A DNA stretch of 38,874 bases from Octopus bimaculoides. Its lineage: Eukaryota. Position numbers and translations under genes: made by a program. The notes under the pieces are model-generated. The model saw nothing but the letters and a program-made list of their open reading frames with translations, did not search any database and had not been told where the DNA came from. Shown in pieces: positions 35,622 to 38,874 of this stretch. The stretch lies in NCBI RefSeq assembly GCF_001194135.2, contig NC_068987.1, forward strand, positions 53,648,104 through 53,686,977, in the 5' to 3' direction. The stretch's first letter is position 1, and the number at the start of each line of letters is the position of its first letter.

Positions 35622-37854
35622 TAGTCTTATTTTTATCACGCGCTTTCACTGCACTACCGAGCCCAGCTCTGTGCGCTTTGGGTACTCGCTGTAGTTTGTT
35701 GTGATGATCTTATTGTTACTGTAAAAAAGTGTTTTGCGTCGGATGTGTGCGGTGCCTAGTAGTGCTAATTTGTGTATGTTACATATGCTTGTTAGTTCTG
35801 GTGTTTTTGTTATGTATTTTTCTGAATATTTTTTATCATACTTCACTGACTACTATGTTTCTGTTTTTAGACTCCACGTTCGAGTTACCCCTGTTTCTAG
35901 GTCTTTGTATTTTGAGAGTTTCTCCAACATCAATAAGTATGCATTTTCTTTCTTGATGATCTTTGACAACTATATCTGGTCTATTTGCCTTAATTTCTCT
36001 ATCTGTGTGTATTGGCATATCCGAGAGCATGGTTATTTTCTCATTTTCCGTGACCTTTTCTGGCGTCTGTTTATACCATCTTTTTTCTATTGTTATTCTA
36101 TTGTGTTGGCATAGCTTCCAGTGTATATAGATTCCAAATCTGTCGTGTCTGTGAATATATACTTTCTTAGCCAGGACTAGGCAGACAGAGACAACTTGGT
36201 TTATTGTTTCTTGTTCATCTCCACATTTTCTGCATTTACATATGTTTTTTTCTCGTTATATATTTTTGGCCATTTTTGGTGGGAAGGCTTTGGTCTTGAG
36301 TTGGAATTAAAAATCCTTCAGTCTCTGCTTTGAGTCCTGAGCTTCTCAGCCATTGTTGGTATTTTGCTTTGTCTATTTCATTCGCGTTTAGTTCAATCCA
36401 TTATTTGCCATTAAAGGGCTTTTCTTGCCATCGTTTTATCATGGCCTGTTGCTGTTCCAGTTTTATTTTGGATTCCAGTTGTTTTACAGCTTTTGTTGGT
36501 TCTGTTTCTTCATAGTTGTTAGGTACTATGATTTCTTTTTGGGATTTGTCAGCTTCCCTAAAATTGAAAACAGTTTTTTTGTTTTGTTCATGTTTTGTGG
36601 CTAATGTAATAGTTTTCTTTCCTTCTGAAGTAGGTACTTTTGTAGTCGTATGGTAGTTATTTTGTAATAATTTTCTCGCTGTATTAGGCTTCTAACACCT
36701 TACATACGTTGTATATATAACCTTTTTATGTCAGATTATGGGTGGTGTATCTTAAATCTTGTCATTATTTTTCTTGTTTTCCTGTCTATTTTGATTAGTT
36801 CATTTAGTGTCCAGTATTGTAGATGTAAATTATAACTGGGGCAGTTAGATTATTGATACTTATTATCTTGTTTTTCGCATTGAGCTCTATTTTCAGTATT
36901 AATCTAACTCGTCTACAGAATTCTTTTTTATTTTTTATTGCATTTGTGTGTTTTGCAGCGTATCTAGTTCATTGATTCCTAAGTATTTGTATGTCTCGCT
37001 TTGATCTAATTCTCTTATTTCATTTGCTTTATGTAGTGTGATGTTGCTACCCTTAATTAGTTTTCGTCTTTTCAAGGTTGCTTTGGTACATTTTTCTAAA
37101 CCAAATATCATGTTTATTTTTTTGGTAAAACTATGTACTGTCTGTAGTAATGATTCTAACTTTTTATCATTTGTAGCGTACAGTTTTAGATCATCCACAT
37201 ATAAGAGGTGGCTGATTGTTTAGCCGTAACAGTTGTATCCACATCCAGTTCTGTTTAGCATCTCATATAAAGGTGTCAGTGGCAAACAGAAAAGGAGTGG
37301 AGAGAGCGTGTCTCTCTGGAATATTCTTCTAATGGGGATCGCTTTGGTTTTTATGAGTCCCTAATTTGCCTGGGGCTGTAGCATTGTCTGTCATTTATTC
37401 ATGGAATGTGTTCTATATTTTATGATTATCGGTACTACCTTGTTCATGGCTAGTGTTTCTAGGATCCATGTATGGGGAATACTATCAAAAGCCTTTCGGT
37501 AATCGATCCAGACCATACTTAGATTCTTCTCTCCTTTCTGCGGCTGTCTTCAGTTATGGCTTTATTGATCATTAGCTGATCTTTACAGCCGTATGACCCC
37601 TTGCAGCATCTTTTCTGCTCTTCCGGAGACAGGTTGTTTTCTTCCAGATGCTTGCTCATTCTCTGCGATATTATTGCTGGAAAGGCTTCGTAAATTGTTG
37701 GGAGACAAGTTATTGGTCTGTAATTTTGTGGGTTTGCCGTTTCAGTGGATTTGAGAGTTAGGATAATTTTCTCTTCCGTGAGCCATTCAAGCATTGTTTC
37801 TGCTAGTATTTCATTAAATTTCTCAGCCAGCTTTTTATGGGTTCCTGTCAGGTA

Positions 37855-37856
<2 letters not shown>
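35619..37856 (-). mobile_element. R4/Dong family A, 2.2-kb 5'-truncated decayed copy with RT, zinc knuckle and RLE; (TAA)n on both sides
   Basis: NYRPITCLPTIY, EEQKRCCKGSYGCKDQLMIN, VWIDYRKAFDSIPH, FQRDTLSPLLFC, LLYVDDLKLY, YKYLGI, CRKCGDEQETINQVVSVC, NRPDIVV; multiple stops and small deletions; same 3'UTR as the 4634 and 6503 copies. Confidence 0.93.

Positions 37857-37931
<75 letters not shown>
37857..37931. repeat. (ATT)n(AGT)n array at the 5' truncation junction
   Basis: Directly visible. Confidence 0.95.
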
Positions 37932-38125
37932 TGTTCTTTTATTCTTTTACTTCAGTCATGTAAGGGATTTTAGTCGAACAGATCGATTCCTGGAATTATT
38001 CTTTTTAAGCCTCGTACTTATTCTATCGGTTTCTTCTACCGAACCGCTAATTTACGGAAATGTAAACATATCAACATTCGTTGCACACGCATAAATACAC
38101 ACACACACACACACACACGTGTATG

Positions 38126-38183
<58 letters not shown>

Positions 38184-38694
38184 GGTGTGTGTGTGTGTGA
38201 TTATACGCCTGTGTGTGTGAAATTTGACTGATGACGACCGCTGCTACCTTTTTAGTGTAAGAGGCGGAAAGAAAAATAAGGCTTGCTAAGAAATACAAGT
38301 GAGGGGAAAATTACCCTCAAGGGGAGAGAATCACTGAGAGATATTTATATATACTTATCCTATTAGCCTTTTATATAATTCATTATTTGTCTTTTTTGTT
38401 TAGTTTTTTGCAAGTAGATGCAGATAAATTTTAATTTATTTCATTCTTTTTGGGGAAATTATCAATGCAACGTAACTTGATATAAACTACATGGTCCTAT
38501 AAACATTCAAGAAATATATAACGATCGAATTTACTTTCCTTTTCTGTTCTTTTCAAATAGCGGAGAGAAAGGACGTGAGAGGAGGGGATTAAAAACCCCT
38601 AAGTCACTTACAATAGAAATTGCCATTAATATTATACAGAGTGCGATTAATATTTTCTATTTCATCTACATTTAACAGTGGAGGAGAAGAGTTT

Positions 38695-38695
<1 letters not shown>

Positions 38696-38726
<31 letters not shown>

Positions 38727-38727
38727 C
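38696..38727. repeat. (GATA)n microsatellite
   Basis: Directly visible. Confidence 0.95.
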
Positions 38728-38874
38728 ATTTCTTTTATTAGCCACACAGGGCTCAACGAAGATGGGACAAATACAATGTAGAGCTTTTCTTTTTGGGAGG
38801 GGGAACGAAAAAATGGGGGCGGTCGATCAAAAGGGATCGTAGGAAGGAAAAGGGGGTAGTTCGATCAAAAGGGA
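38728..38874 (-). mobile_element. Probable LINE 3' end (Tx1/L1-like) with AATAAA and (TATC)n tail; runs off window end
   Basis: Minus strand ...TTGTCCCATCTTCGTTGAGCCCTGTGTGGCTAATAAAAGAAATG(TATC)n; GC-richer than flanks; duplicated CGATCAAAAGGGA motif. Family assignment is recall/inference. Confidence 0.5.

Noticed and set aside
38790-38860. G-runs suggesting a G-quadruplex
   Set aside because: Long irregular loops and truncation by the window edge; cannot be supported.

Overview
AT-rich, repeat-saturated eukaryotic genomic DNA from a gapped draft assembly. Octopus/cephalopod origin is an inference from microsatellite density and recalled SINE families, not a database result. No host protein-coding exon, rRNA, bona fide tRNA gene or CRISPR array can be supported, and most of the ORF track is microsatellite translation. 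The window is dominated by retroelements. There are four copies of one R4/Dong-type RLE non-LTR family (three minus-strand copies with (TAA)n tails, the largest carrying a decayed RT), fragments of at least one other R4-type lineage, a CR1-like 3' end, Tx1/L1-like ORF1 and 3'-end fragments, and tRNA-derived SINEs. Three items stand out. (1) A ~950-bp Penelope-like element (5489-6436) between two (ATT)n arrays carries an uninterrupted GIY-YIG endonuclease ORF with no RT and a 58-bp inverted repeat. (2) A 728-bp non-coding element (21481-22208) has a 12-14-bp TSD, ~163-bp direct repeats and a near-perfect 60-bp-arm palindrome. (3) A remnant of a second, different PLE-type endonuclease lies at ~23275-23449.
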